Below, piece after piece: positions 1 through 11,232 of a stretch of DNA of 64,000 nt. Numbering within the stretch: the first letter of the stretch is position 1; the number at the start of each line of letters is the position of its first letter. The notes below the pieces were generated by a model. It was not told the DNA's origin and did no database searches. It saw only the letters and a list, made by a program, of their open reading frames with translations. This DNA comes from Deltaproteobacteria bacterium (GTDB taxonomy: Bacteria > Desulfobacterota > GWC2-55-46 > JADFVP01). The position numbers were made by a program, and so were the translations under genes. The stretch spans positions 65,457 to 129,456 of the forward strand of contig JAJCZH010000020.1 in NCBI GenBank assembly GCA_029262515.1. The letters are read 5' to 3'.

Positions 1-458
1 CCCCTCTTCATTCTCTCGACCGTATCATCTTCGAAACCGAAACGCGATATCCCGTCGAAGAACTCGTTACCCACCTTGCCGTCAGCCTCCTCTATATAGA
101 GCCTGCCGCCCACCACAACCACAACCTCTCCATCGGGCAGCAGAACAGGTACGGTAAAGAGGTACTGGTTTGTGTGGCATTTATAGACGTGGGACTGGCG
201 AGTTGCGACGGCCTCTGAAACGGCCATCGAATAGAAATCGTTACAGCAGGTACGACCTACGGGGTCGAGCTTGACCCGTTTGCAGACAGAGTTGACCCGG
301 CCAGACTCAACGAGCACTGAGCCCGTCTCATCATACAGGCTCAGTGGAACATCAATCAACGCACCGAGACCGTCTTGAAAGTCACGCCACAGTTCAAGAT
401 TGATACTGCCCTGTCGAACCCTGTTTTTAGGTCTGTTATTCACGGCACCTCTGTTCAT
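1..458 (-). CDS. PocR-type ligand-binding sensory domain protein, 5' part (runs off window start)
   Basis: Manual translation from ATG at 458 (GGGAG RBS upstream): MNRGAVNNRPKN...LELWRDFQDGLGALIDVPLSLYDETG...VCKRVK...CCNDFY...VYKCHTNQYLFTVPVLLPDGEVVVVVGGR; open to position 1; Cys pattern and YxCH..F.VP....G motif typical of PocR domains; absent from the ORF track. Confidence 0.7.
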   Translation of the reverse strand, partial: MNRGAVNNRPKNRVRQGSINLELWRDFQDGLGALIDVPLSLYDETGSVLVESGRVNSVCKRVKLDPVGRTCCNDFYSMAVSEAVATRQSHVYKCHTNQYLFTVPVLLPDGEVVVVVGGRLYIEEADGKVGNEFFDGISRFGFEDDTVERMKR

Positions 459-504
459 ATCGAGACACTCCCAAGCCTGACATAAAACCGATACTATGTG
501 TAGC

Positions 505-548
505 AAAAAAAAATGCCTCAATACCGCAATTTCGCGATAAAGAGGCAT
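505..548 (-). terminator. Intrinsic terminator just upstream of the PocR-domain gene
   Basis: Minus strand TGCCTC-tt-TATCGCG-aaat-TGCGGTA-tt-GAGGCA followed by T9. Confidence 0.75.
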
Positions 549-784
549 CTTAACCTCGTCTTTTACCGGAACCCGTCATGAGCCCCGTAATAGGTATTCT
601 CAAATGACCCGGAACCTGCGGATACAGTTATGGTTCCGGACATAATATAACCCGATAAGTATTATAGCATATGTCATGTTGAAAAACAATGGTTTTAGCT
701 CTATCAAAAACCTGGAAGAAATAATACAAAACAAAATCAGCCAGTTAGAGCTTACTTAAATGAATGGGGGAACTATTGCCTCGA

Positions 785-810
785 AACTAAGCCCGAAAAA
801 GGGCTTAGTT
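785..810 (-). terminator. Hairpin after secF (probable terminator)
   Basis: Perfect 10-bp inverted repeat AACTAAGCCC-gaaaaa-GGGCTTAGTT about 30 nt past the secF stop; short U tail. Confidence 0.55.
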
Positions 811-838
811 GTCCGCACTTTGGTAGAAGGAGAGGAGG

Positions 839-1813
839 TCAGGGCTGCACTGAGCTCGGTTTTACGGCATTCGATATGCCACCGCCCTGTTTTGCGCTCT
901 GTTTGTCTCCCTTTTTGCCATCGCGCTCCCAGAAAAGCAGCACCGGGCTTGCGATAAAGATAGAGGAGTAGGTACCCACAAGAACACCGACAAAGAGCGT
1001 GAAAGCGAAGTCGTAGAGCACTTCGCCGCCAAAGACCAGAAGCGAGGCGAGGGCCATCAAGGTCGTTACAGAGGTAACAACCGTACGGCGCAGCACCTCG
1101 TTGATACTCCTGTTGATCAGGTCGTAGCCCTCCTCCTTCTTCTTGTTCTCGCGATGCAGATTCTCTCTTATACGGTCGAAGACTACGACACTATCGTTAA
1201 TAGAGTATCCGGCAAGCGTTAACAGACCGGTTACTATAAGCAACGTTATCTCTTTATCCAGAATCAGGAGAATACCGAGAACGATAAGGACATCGTGGAA
1301 GGTAGCTATTACGGCAGCGATTCCGAAACGGAACTCAAACCGCCATGCCACATAGAAGAGGATACCGAGAAGCGCCACCCCTATGGCCTTGAGCGCGTCG
1401 GTCTGGAGCTTTTTACCGACAGTCGGCCCGACCTCTGTGGTGGAGTCTACCACGAACGGGTTACCTGGAAGGCCTTGCGTAAATATTTCACCAAGAGATT
1501 TTGAGGTTGCTCTCAGGTTGCCCTCGGCCTTTTTAAGCCTGACGAGCATCTTGTTCGGCTCCGAGAACTGCTGAAGCTGCGCCTCGCCGAATCCGCCTTT
1601 GGAGAGAAGCTTACGCACCTCTTCGATCTTGAGCGGAGACTCAAACCTGTACTGAATGGCTATGCCGCCCGAAAAATCGGTACCCAGATTGGCCCTGCCC
1701 GTGCCTATGGCTACAACAGCCACGAGGCCGATAAGCACCAGTATGGTCGAAATGGTAAACGTTTTCTTCCGTTTACTCAAAAAATCAAAATGTCTGTCAC
1801 CCCAGAGATCCAT
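839..1813 (-). CDS. secF: Protein translocase subunit SecF
   Basis: LGTDFSGG, VGPTVG, GYSINDSVVVFDRIRE, GTYSSIFIA motifs; next to secD. Confidence 0.97.
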   Translation of the reverse strand: MDLWGDRHFDFLSKRKKTFTISTILVLIGLVAVVAIGTGRANLGTDFSGGIAIQYRFESPLKIEEVRKLLSKGGFGEAQLQQFSEPNKMLVRLKKAEGNLRATSKSLGEIFTQGLPGNPFVVDSTTEVGPTVGKKLQTDALKAIGVALLGILFYVAWRFEFRFGIAAVIATFHDVLIVLGILLILDKEITLLIVTGLLTLAGYSINDSVVVFDRIRENLHRENKKKEEGYDLINRSINEVLRRTVVTSVTTLMALASLLVFGGEVLYDFAFTLFVGVLVGTYSSIFIASPVLLFWERDGKKGDKQSAKQGGGISNAVKPSSVQP

Positions 1814-1830
1814 ACGTAATAACTCCTCTG

Positions 1831-3417
1831 CTATATGCTCAACTTCCTGAGCCTGAGCTTATCGTTCTGAATGTCGAAGACCACCTTTGTGCCAACAAGC
1901 GCCGTAAAGAGGTTTATCAAAATACCGAGGCTGAGCGTAACGGCAAAACCTTTTATAGGCCCGGAACCGAACTGAAAGAGCACAAAGGCCGTAATAAGAG
2001 TAGTTACGTTAGAGTCGACAATGGTCCACCACGCCCTCTCGTAACCGGCATTAACTGCTGAGCGCGGCGTACGCCCGCCCCGTAGCTCCTCTTTTATCCG
2101 CTCGAAGATCAGGACGTTGGAGTCAACACCCATTCCGACCGTAAGTATTATTCCCGCTATTCCGGGCAGCGTAAGCGTTGCGTTGAGCCACGCCATTGCG
2201 CCGAGCAGCATAACAATGTTCAAGAGTATGGCGAAGTCGGCAATTACACCGGCGACCCTGTAGTAAACCAGCATAAAGAGCAACACGAGTATAAAACCGA
2301 GCGCAGCGGCCCTGAGGCCCGCCTCTATAGAATCGTGCCCGAGGGTCGGCCCAACCGTCACGTTCTGTATAATCTCCACGGGTGCCGGCAAGGCTCCAGC
2401 GCGAAGCACTATGGCTAAATCGCGAGCGGACTCGTACGTAAAGCTGCCGCTTACCTGCGCCTTGCCTCCGGAGATCGGCTCATTAATATTCGGAGCCGAG
2501 TAGACGTTGCCGTCGAGCACGATAGCGAGCCTCTTGTCGACGTACTTGGTCGTAACGCGTTCAAACGTGCGGGCGCCGTCGGAATCAAAAGTTAATGAAA
2601 CATACGGCTCGTTAAACTGCGAATCGATAGAGACCCTGGCGTCCGAGAGCGAGTCTCCGGTCATCATGACCTCTTTGAAGAGCAGAAATGGCTTTTTCAC
2701 CATCTCGCCGGTAGCCGGGTTCTCTTCCCTCTGAAAGAGCACCTCGGAGCCGAACGGCGCGCCCTGCACAAGCGCCTTCTGCGGGTCCATCGAATCGTCC
2801 ACTATCCTGAACTCCAGAACCGCCGTCTTGCCGATAAGCTCCATTGCGCGCTCAGGATCCTTGAGTCCCGGCAGCTGTATCGCTACCTCGCTGATACCCT
2901 GCTTCTGTATGAGCGGTTCGGCTACGCCGAACTTGTCTATGCGGTTTCTTATGGTTTCCAAGGCCTGGGAGAGTGCCCACGACTTTATCCGCTCAGCCTC
3001 TTCTTCCAGAAGCGTATAGGTAATGGCGCCGTCGGAAAGTTCCGAAGAGGCGAGGCTCGGGAACTCTTTCTCCACAACCTTTTTAACGGCCTCGGCGTTA
3101 TTCGGGTTGAAGACACCGACATCTATGCTGAGAGCGCCGTCCATTCCAACGGACCGGTACGGAACCTTCTCGTTACGAAGCGCCTCCTCTATAGAGCTCT
3201 TCATCCTCTGCACGCGGTTCTCAACGGCCTTGTCCCTGTCTACGTTGAGCACAAGGTGCATTCCGCCCTGAAGATCGAGTCCGAGAGTCATCTTCGGAAT
3301 CGCGTCGTTCCAGACAGATGGCAGTATATTAGAAAATGGCGTGGAGGGCAGAAATAACCCTAGCGCCACAATCGTAAAGGCCGCCAGCATAAGTATACGA
3401 AGCAGTATGCTTTTCAT
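1831..3417 (-). CDS. secD: Protein translocase subunit SecD
   Basis: LGLDLQGG, IRNRIDKFGVAEP, LRAGALPAP, VDSNVLIFERIKEE. Confidence 0.97.
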   Translation of the reverse strand: MKSILLRILMLAAFTIVALGLFLPSTPFSNILPSVWNDAIPKMTLGLDLQGGMHLVLNVDRDKAVENRVQRMKSSIEEALRNEKVPYRSVGMDGALSIDVGVFNPNNAEAVKKVVEKEFPSLASSELSDGAITYTLLEEEAERIKSWALSQALETIRNRIDKFGVAEPLIQKQGISEVAIQLPGLKDPERAMELIGKTAVLEFRIVDDSMDPQKALVQGAPFGSEVLFQREENPATGEMVKKPFLLFKEVMMTGDSLSDARVSIDSQFNEPYVSLTFDSDGARTFERVTTKYVDKRLAIVLDGNVYSAPNINEPISGGKAQVSGSFTYESARDLAIVLRAGALPAPVEIIQNVTVGPTLGHDSIEAGLRAAALGFILVLLFMLVYYRVAGVIADFAILLNIVMLLGAMAWLNATLTLPGIAGIILTVGMGVDSNVLIFERIKEELRGGRTPRSAVNAGYERAWWTIVDSNVTTLITAFVLFQFGSGPIKGFAVTLSLGILINLFTALVGTKVVFDIQNDKLRLRKLSI

Positions 3418-3492
3418 AAATTCTTTTTCTCTTCTTAATAGTCGTACTATCCGCCGGTTACTCCGGCGCCTGACGTCAGAATTCTACTTCTA

Positions 3493-3816
3493 TTAACTGT
3501 CGCCCTGCGTCTTGCGCGCGGTTATCGCGCCCTTTGAGACCTTAACGCGAATCTTATCGGCGATCTCGGCGGTAACGGTATCTTCCTGAACCGCGGTCAC
3601 GCGGCCATGTATACCTCCGCTCGTTACGATATTATCGTTTACGGCAACCTTGGTCAGCATCTCCTTATGATCCTTGCTCCTCTTCTGCTGCGGACGGATA
3701 AGAAGAAAGTAAAAGATAACGAAGAGAAAAACCAACGGGGCAAAGCTCATTATGCCGGAAGGTCCGGCCGGGGCCGCATCCGCGGCGTACGCTACTGCTA
3801 CTGGAAAGAATAACAC
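3493..3816 (-). CDS. yajC: Preprotein translocase subunit YajC
   Basis: FYFLLIRPQQKR...VTSGGIHG; tgt-yajC-secDF synteny. Confidence 0.95.
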   Translation of the reverse strand: MLFFPVAVAYAADAAPAGPSGIMSFAPLVFLFVIFYFLLIRPQQKRSKDHKEMLTKVAVNDNIVTSGGIHGRVTAVQEDTVTAEIADKIRVKVSKGAITARKTQGDS

Positions 3817-3986
3817 CTCTTAATACCTCCTAATACTCTGTTTTAATTTAGATAAAAGCATAAATGTCTAAAATCTGTTCAATGCGTCTAATGCGTCTGT
3901 CTGATGACACCGCAATTTCACGGCAAAGACGCGTGTTGATTCTATAAAATGTCCGGACTTTGATACCGGCCTTGAGTCTGCCTCGA

Positions 3987-5126
<1,140 letters not shown>

Positions 5127-5338
5127 TCAAATAGGCAGAATATACGAAAATACGGCAAAAAACGACTTAAATCGGGTATAAAATGGCTTTTTTTAGCAAA
5201 AACTGCTCTACCCCTGCAGGGCAAAAAGAGTTGAAACCAAAATACGGAATTGGCCTGTTTTGGCCATTTTCTGGCTGTTTTATTCTATTTTTAAGCCTTT
5301 TTTAGGTTTTTTCAGAAACTGTAACTTTTCAGTCAATC

Positions 5339-6439
5339 TCAGCATATGAACATGGCGTCGCCGTAAGAGTAGAAGCGGTACCCCTCTTTCACCGCCTCTT
5401 CGTACGCATTGAGTATAAACTCTCTGGTGGCAAAGGCCGAAACGAGCATAATAAGGGTCGAGCACGGCAGGTGAAAATTGGTCATCAGGGCATCGACCAC
5501 CTTAAACTCATAACCGGGATAGATGAAGATCGCAGTCGTGCCTTCAATACCCGAACCCTCTGTTACGGCTTGAGCTCCAGCCCCTTCGAATCCGCCACAA
5601 GCTGTCCACGCGCCCTCAATAGCCCTTGTGGTCGTGGTGCCTACCGCCACCACGCGCCCGCCTTCGGCTTTAGTCCTTTTTATCGCCTCTATAACGTCGG
5701 CGCCAATCGAGTACCTCTCGCTAAGCATCGTATGCTTCTCTATGCTATCTACCCTGACCGGCAGGAAAGTACCGGGGCCGACATGGAGCGTAATATACTT
5801 TACCTCTACTCCGGCAGCCGAAATCTCTCCTATCAGCTCAGGCGTAAAGTGCAGACCCGCTGTCGGGGCGGCAACCGCTCCATCGCTCTTTGCAAAGACG
5901 GTCTGGTACCGCTCGGAATCCTCTGCTCCGGGGCTCCTCTTTATATATGGTGGAAGCGGTATCTCGCCGAGCACTTCAGGAGCGCTCTCGCCTTCGGCCA
6001 GACCCGAAAACCGGACCAGGCGGCTGCCGTCGGCTTCTATTCCAGTGACCGCAGCTCTAACCCCGTTATCGAAGAGAATCTTAGCACCGATTCGCAAATC
6101 CTTTGAAGGCCTCGCCATACACCTCCAGCGCTCTTCGCAGGGCAAGAACCGTTCGCCTTCCGTAGACGAGTTTTCTTGCAAAACTCTTTCTATCAACAGA
6201 AGCTCCACTGCCCCGCCAGTCGGCTTTTTGCCCTTCAGGCGCGCGGGAATTACGCGCGTATCGTTTAAAAGAAGCAGGTCTCCCGGTTTGAGACAGCTCT
6301 TGAAATCTTTAAAACCCTTATGGTTTATAGACCCTGTACTCTTATCTAAAAGCAGCAGGCGCGACCCCGTGCGCTCAGGGGCCGGGTAGAGCGCAATAGA
6401 CTCTTCGGGCAGGTGAAAATCAAAATCACTCAGTTGCAT
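5339..6439 (-). CDS. queA: S-adenosylmethionine:tRNA ribosyltransferase-isomerase
   Basis: DFDFHLP, NDTRVIPARL, PLPPYI, AAPTAGLHF, TNFHLPCSTL, YRFYSYGDAM. Confidence 0.97.
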   Translation of the reverse strand: MQLSDFDFHLPEESIALYPAPERTGSRLLLLDKSTGSINHKGFKDFKSCLKPGDLLLLNDTRVIPARLKGKKPTGGAVELLLIERVLQENSSTEGERFLPCEERWRCMARPSKDLRIGAKILFDNGVRAAVTGIEADGSRLVRFSGLAEGESAPEVLGEIPLPPYIKRSPGAEDSERYQTVFAKSDGAVAAPTAGLHFTPELIGEISAAGVEVKYITLHVGPGTFLPVRVDSIEKHTMLSERYSIGADVIEAIKRTKAEGGRVVAVGTTTTRAIEGAWTACGGFEGAGAQAVTEGSGIEGTTAIFIYPGYEFKVVDALMTNFHLPCSTLIMLVSAFATREFILNAYEEAVKEGYRFYSYGDAMFIC

Positions 6440-6489
6440 GTTAAAAGGTTACTCCGAAGTATTACAAAGAGAGTTTTTCAAGAAGGGGC

Positions 6490-7887
6490 TCAATCGACGC
6501 GGCTGAGCCTGGTACCGGGGTAGTAATGGCGCAGAATTTCCTTGTACGTATAACCGTTTGCGGCCATACCCTTTGCGCCCCACTGCGACATACCGACGCC
6601 GTGGCCGAGTCCCTTACCGGTAAAGAAGAAGAGGTTGCCGTTGCGCGAAACCTCGAAGTTAGTGGACTTTATATGGTCGTAACCGATCGCCTCGCGAAAC
6701 TCCTTGCCGCTGAGCGTAACAATCTCGTCAGAGCCCTCGATATCCAACTTGTGGACCCTGTTCGACCGCGTTCTCTCGGTTACCGTAACACTCTCCGGCC
6801 TCCCGACCTTGAACCCGGCGCGTTTTAAGCGCGACGCAAGCTTTTCAGGCGTTATCGGGTACTGCCACGAGTAACCCGGAGCCCCCTTGTCGTACGGGCT
6901 CTTAACCGAACGGAGGTACGGGTAACCGGTGGTCCATACATTGCCCGAAGACTCGGTCATGCCTCCTGCATTCGAGTGGTAGACCGTAAGCGCGATCTTG
7001 CCCCTGTATGTAAGCACCGTGCCGCGAGTCTCCTTTACCGCGCGCAACGCAAGGTTGTCCTCGGCGTTCACGCCCTTGTAGACCTGTCCCAGCACAGAGC
7101 CGTCCAAATCGTAACGCTCGTCGAGGCCCTTGCCACCCGTGCGCTCTTTTTCATGAAGCGCATAGGTGCGCGCTATAATAGCCTGCGCCTTAACGGCCGC
7201 CTCGGGCCACTTCGACGATATCTCGTGGTTGATCAGCCCTACTATGTACGGTTCGATGTAGAGCTCGTTGACCGCCATAAGGCCGACTTCACCGGCATAT
7301 ATATCTACTACGCCACGGTACGGCCTGCCGTTTAAGTAGATGAACTCCTTGACCGGGGTCAGGCGTATCGGAAGGTCAACCACCTTACGCTTGACCTTTG
7401 CCTGCGTATCACTGACACGGGTTATATTGACGCCGCTGCCGGTGCCCTCTGCGCCGTTCACCCGTATGGTCTTCCTGCCGTTCACAACCAGCACGCGAAG
7501 CTTCTCTCCGCCTTCGAGTTCCGCAAGTGCGTTACGGTCCGGTCTGACTCTGACCGGGGGCACCTTGGCAAGCCGTTCCCGCTCGCCCTTTATTCTCCGG
7601 GCGGCCTCCTGCTCAGCTTTTTTCTCCGCTTCGCTCTCGGCTATCTTCTCTGCTATCTTCTCGCCGATGAGATCTCGTCCGGGCTCAGCCAGCTTGCCAA
7701 AGACAACAGGTTCGTCTTCTTCGGTAAACTCCGGGGCAGTCTCGTCAATAGCCTCAGCCACATCAAGCTCGTGGGCCGAATCTGTTGCGACCTCTGTAGT
7801 GGCGCAGCCGTAAAGAAAGAGAGCGGCCACCACTACAGAAAAGAACCGTAACGGAATTAATTTTCTTATCTCATCTATTCCAACCAT
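6490..7887 (-). CDS. SpoIID/LytB-domain lipoprotein (putative lytic transglycosylase)
   Basis: Lipobox LYGC; EAAVKAQAIIARTYA, QVYKG, GKGLGHGVGMSQWGA, ILRHYYPG. Confidence 0.9.
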   Translation of the reverse strand: MVGIDEIRKLIPLRFFSVVVAALFLYGCATTEVATDSAHELDVAEAIDETAPEFTEEDEPVVFGKLAEPGRDLIGEKIAEKIAESEAEKKAEQEAARRIKGERERLAKVPPVRVRPDRNALAELEGGEKLRVLVVNGRKTIRVNGAEGTGSGVNITRVSDTQAKVKRKVVDLPIRLTPVKEFIYLNGRPYRGVVDIYAGEVGLMAVNELYIEPYIVGLINHEISSKWPEAAVKAQAIIARTYALHEKERTGGKGLDERYDLDGSVLGQVYKGVNAEDNLALRAVKETRGTVLTYRGKIALTVYHSNAGGMTESSGNVWTTGYPYLRSVKSPYDKGAPGYSWQYPITPEKLASRLKRAGFKVGRPESVTVTERTRSNRVHKLDIEGSDEIVTLSGKEFREAIGYDHIKSTNFEVSRNGNLFFFTGKGLGHGVGMSQWGAKGMAANGYTYKEILRHYYPGTRLSRVD

Positions 7888-7966
7888 ATACCCACTCTTC
7901 TACTTTTCCATACACTCTAAACAGAAGCCACCACCGGCCACAACCGCTAACCGTTACAAAGTATTA

Positions 7967-8155
7967 CTAAAGATACCTGGTTATGTAGAGCAACACAAGG
8001 CCTAGAGTCACGCAAACGAAACCGAGCCGCCTGAGCGTAGACTCAGGAACCTCCTGAAGCATCAACGCCCAGAGCTTCGCCTTTTTCGGAAAAGCGAAGT
8101 ACGGCAACCCCTCTATAACGAGCAGGGCGCCCAGTATTAAAAGAACAATTCCCAA
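7967..8155 (-). CDS. DUF2065-family small membrane protein
   Basis: LVIEGLPYFAFP...W...LRRLG pattern, two hydrophobic segments; usual neighbour of SpoIID/queA. Confidence 0.8.
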   Translation of the reverse strand: MGIVLLILGALLVIEGLPYFAFPKKAKLWALMLQEVPESTLRRLGFVCVTLGLVLLYITRYL

Positions 8156-8241
8156 GTATCTTTATAGTAGACGAAACGTATACGCGCCCAAATGCCCGGA
8201 CACGCTGTACTGATTTAAATATACTCAATGCCGCATTGTAA

Positions 8242-8275
8242 TACAACCTGCCACAGAGTACAACCTGCCACGGAG
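8242..8275. repeat. 17-bp tandem direct repeat
   Basis: TACAACCTGCCACAGAG / TACAACCTGCCACGGAG (1 mismatch). Confidence 0.8.
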
Positions 8276-8276
8276 T

Positions 8277-8648
8277 TTAACGCGCCGAACAGTTACAGAG
8301 CTTTCTGATATAGGAGACCAGCTCTGTTACCTCTGCATCGGTCAGCGTTTTACCGAAAGGCGGCATGAGGGTGCTCTTGGAGGTGGCAATGCCCCCGTCC
8401 TTTATAACATAACTGATATCTTCGTCGGTCAATTTGCCCATCTCGTACGCGCTCGTATGGTCTCGCGGCTCCACCGGCTGGTTCTTCGTGGCATTTGGGC
8501 CGTCTCCGTAACCTTCAAGGCCGTGGCACTGCGCGCAGTAAAACCTGTAGTTATCCGGCGCGCTCGCGGCCCCGGCAACACAAGCGCCTGCCACCAACAG
8601 AGTCAGCGCTGTAGAAATCATAACGGTTATAAAAAGAGATCTAGCCAT
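8277..8648 (-). CDS. Monoheme class I cytochrome c, exported
   Basis: Signal peptide; CAQCHG...GDG; distal Met in LMPPFG. Confidence 0.9.
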   Translation of the reverse strand: MARSLFITVMISTALTLLVAGACVAGAASAPDNYRFYCAQCHGLEGYGDGPNATKNQPVEPRDHTSAYEMGKLTDEDISYVIKDGGIATSKSTLMPPFGKTLTDAEVTELVSYIRKLCNCSAR

Positions 8649-8683
8649 AATTCTACCTATTCCGGTAACAGAAGCAAATAACT

Positions 8684-9355
8684 TTAAAAAGTTGATATGT
8701 ACGCGGCAAGGGCCGCCATGTCGGTATTAGAGAGTATGCCCGCATAGATCGGCATATCCTTTACCGGCTTGAAGGCCGTGGAGTTCGTCATGTAGGCGTA
8801 GATCCAGTCGGGGTTGAGTCTTTTGCCTGCGCCTATGAGGCTCGGCCCTGTCAGGCCTCCGACAACACGCCCCCTTCGTGAAAGCACCTGGTGGCAGCCG
8901 TAACAAGACTGCGACTTGGAGAATATGATCCTTCCCTTCCTGTCTACCGCGGGCTGTATGCCTACCGGCTTAACGGCGCCAGAACGGAGCGACTCGAGGT
9001 AAGTTGCAACGTCTGCGGCATCAGCGGAATTCAGCTTGATGTGATCCCCTCTGTTCTTCTCGGTTATCGAGTAGTACTCCATGGGGCGGATCACCTCCGG
9101 GTTCTTCAGCCAGACCTCTATAAACCCGGCCTTGAACTTGCTTCCGGCATACCAGAGTTCCGGGCCCTTGCGCTTCATCTGGTCCGCTATCGTCTTTTCC
9201 CGTGCCGGACCCTCTATCTGGTGACAGGCAATACACTTGTTCTTTTTGAAAATCTTCTTGCCGGACTCTGAAGAACCGGCAAAAGTGGGTGTGGCGGCGT
9301 AGAACAAAAAGAGTATTGCCAACACGACAGAAAAAATTGTTACGAAGCTTTTCAT
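8684..9355 (-). CDS. Diheme class I cytochrome c, exported
   Basis: Signal peptide; CIACH and CYGCH, each followed by GPxL..AG.K/R motif; DMP near C-terminus. Confidence 0.9.
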   Translation of the reverse strand: MKSFVTIFSVVLAILFLFYAATPTFAGSSESGKKIFKKNKCIACHQIEGPAREKTIADQMKRKGPELWYAGSKFKAGFIEVWLKNPEVIRPMEYYSITEKNRGDHIKLNSADAADVATYLESLRSGAVKPVGIQPAVDRKGRIIFSKSQSCYGCHQVLSRRGRVVGGLTGPSLIGAGKRLNPDWIYAYMTNSTAFKPVKDMPIYAGILSNTDMAALAAYISTF

Positions 9356-9413
9356 GCACCGACCTTTTATTGTTTAAATTTTCTATTGCAAGTCAAACCG
9401 GGCGGGTTGATCC

Positions 9414-9442
9414 ATATTATCTGCCGACCGGTAAAGTGTCAA
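9414..9442 (-). promoter_or_regulatory. Sigma70-like promoter for the cytochrome c pair
   Basis: TTGACA-17 nt-TAATAT on minus strand. Confidence 0.5.
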
Positions 9443-9525
9443 GGAATTTACGTTGTTATGGCCCTTAACCTAGAAGTAAATAGTAACACGCTGCCATTAA
9501 TAGATAATTAAAATCGAATTAGCTT

Positions 9526-10332
9526 TTAAACCGCACGAGACCGCTTCAGTACGGAACTCAATCCGAAGGCGATACCCAAAACCACGACTATCGTGGCGCC
9601 GGATGCGAGATCGAAAAAGTAAGAGAGACAGAGGCCCGTTATCGTCATAACAGTACCCGTTACCACGGACAAGAGCATCAGGGATCTAAAACCGGTAACA
9701 TACATCCTGCTGACCGCCACCGGTATCGTCAGCAGCGCAATTACGAGGATAATACCTACTACTCGTATCAGGACCACAACGCTGAGAGCCACGAGGCACA
9801 ACATCAGCATGTAGAGCAACCGTGTCGGCATGCCGGCGACGGTTGCGAACTCCTCGTCAAAGCAGAGCGCATAGAACTCGCGGTAGAAGATAACTACCGT
9901 AGCGATTATCACAAAGTCGAGCACGAGCATTACGACTAAGTCGGAGTTCGGCACGGTTAAGATATTACCGAAGAGGTAACTGAAGAGGTCGGGCGCGTAA
10001 CCGGGGCTCAGGTTGATGAATATAATGCCGAGCGCCATGCCCACGGTCCAGAGTATGCCGATAGCGGTATCTTCGCTAACAACAGTCTTTCTGCTTATAA
10101 CACCTATACCTATTGCGGCGAACAGACTAAAGGGTATCGCCACGAGTATGGGACTCAAGCCGAGCAGGTAACCGAGCCCTATGCCGCCGAAGGCGGTGTG
10201 CGAGATTCCGCCGGAGATAAAGACTATGCGTTTGGTCACGACATAGGTGCCTACTATGCCGCAGGCGATGCTTACCAGCACCGCCGCCACAAAGGCGTTC
10301 TGCATAAAGTCGTATTGGAGTATCTCGAACAT
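9526..10332 (-). CDS. znuB: Zn/Mn ABC transporter permease
   Basis: [37 protein letters not shown]; start moved to ATG 10332. Confidence 0.9.
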   Translation of the reverse strand: MFEILQYDFMQNAFVAAVLVSIACGIVGTYVVTKRIVFISGGISHTAFGGIGLGYLLGLSPILVAIPFSLFAAIGIGVISRKTVVSEDTAIGILWTVGMALGIIFINLSPGYAPDLFSYLFGNILTVPNSDLVVMLVLDFVIIATVVIFYREFYALCFDEEFATVAGMPTRLLYMLMLCLVALSVVVLIRVVGIILVIALLTIPVAVSRMYVTGFRSLMLLSVVTGTVMTITGLCLSYFFDLASGATIVVVLGIAFGLSSVLKRSRAV

Positions 10333-10333
10333 C

Positions 10334-11173
10334 TTATTTTCTACCCTCTTCGCTTGAGCCATGCGTGCAGCACTCGGGCTTATCGCCCTTGCTGAAGTCG
10401 GTGCCGTGCTCGGAGAAGACCCTGTGCGGTACGCCGTGCGAGATTATGTCAACGGGACAGCTATAGAGTTCGTCGAGGTTGTCTATGCCCTCGGGACTGC
10501 CGTGATAGAAGAGCGTTCTGTTTACGCACGCAACCGTATCGACATGCACGGAAATCGCGCCTACGTCGTGGGTAACGAGCAGTATGGCCATCCTCTGTTT
10601 TAGTTCGGCCAGCAGTTCGTAGAAGGACTTCTGCATCTCAGGGTCCACCGAAGCCGTCGGCTCGTCCAGCAGCAAAAGCGCGGGCTCCTTTACTATTGCG
10701 CGCGCAAGAAATACCCTCTGCGCCTGTCCGCCGGAGAGAGTACCCACCTGTGAATTTCGCTGTTCGTACATTCCGACACGCTCTAATGCCGCTTCGGCGC
10801 TCTGCCTGTCCTCGGCCCTGTACGCCTTTAATAGCCCTCGGTACCGGCCCATCAGAACGGCATCGAAGACGTTTATCGGAAAGGCCGGGTCGAACCGGCG
10901 CTTCTGCGGCAGGTAACCGACATCCCTGCGCCCCTCCTTCGGCGGCCTGCCTAAAACCTCTATACTTCCGCTAACAGGTTTCAGAAGCCCGAGCAGGGCC
11001 TTTAAGATAGTCGTCTTCCCGGATCCGTTCGGCCCGATTACGGCGAGCAGCTCGTTCGGGGCGACGCTGAGCGTAATATCTTCCAGCACCGGTTCATTGG
11101 TGTACGAAAGCGTTACCTTGCTCATCTTTACGACAGCCTCGTTTTGCAAGCCGGTCTCTGTTTTACTCTCCAT
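10334..11173 (-). CDS. znuC: Zn/Mn ABC transporter ATP-binding subunit
   Basis: [24 protein letters not shown]-terminal HGVPHRV His/Cys tail. Confidence 0.92.
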   Translation of the reverse strand: MESKTETGLQNEAVVKMSKVTLSYTNEPVLEDITLSVAPNELLAVIGPNGSGKTTILKALLGLLKPVSGSIEVLGRPPKEGRRDVGYLPQKRRFDPAFPINVFDAVLMGRYRGLLKAYRAEDRQSAEAALERVGMYEQRNSQVGTLSGGQAQRVFLARAIVKEPALLLLDEPTASVDPEMQKSFYELLAELKQRMAILLVTHDVGAISVHVDTVACVNRTLFYHGSPEGIDNLDELYSCPVDIISHGVPHRVFSEHGTDFSKGDKPECCTHGSSEEGRK

Positions 11174-11232
11174 ACCAATACCCTGCCGGCGGCAATCCCT
11201 ACCGGCCTCTATAATTAAAAAAACTCCAACCT

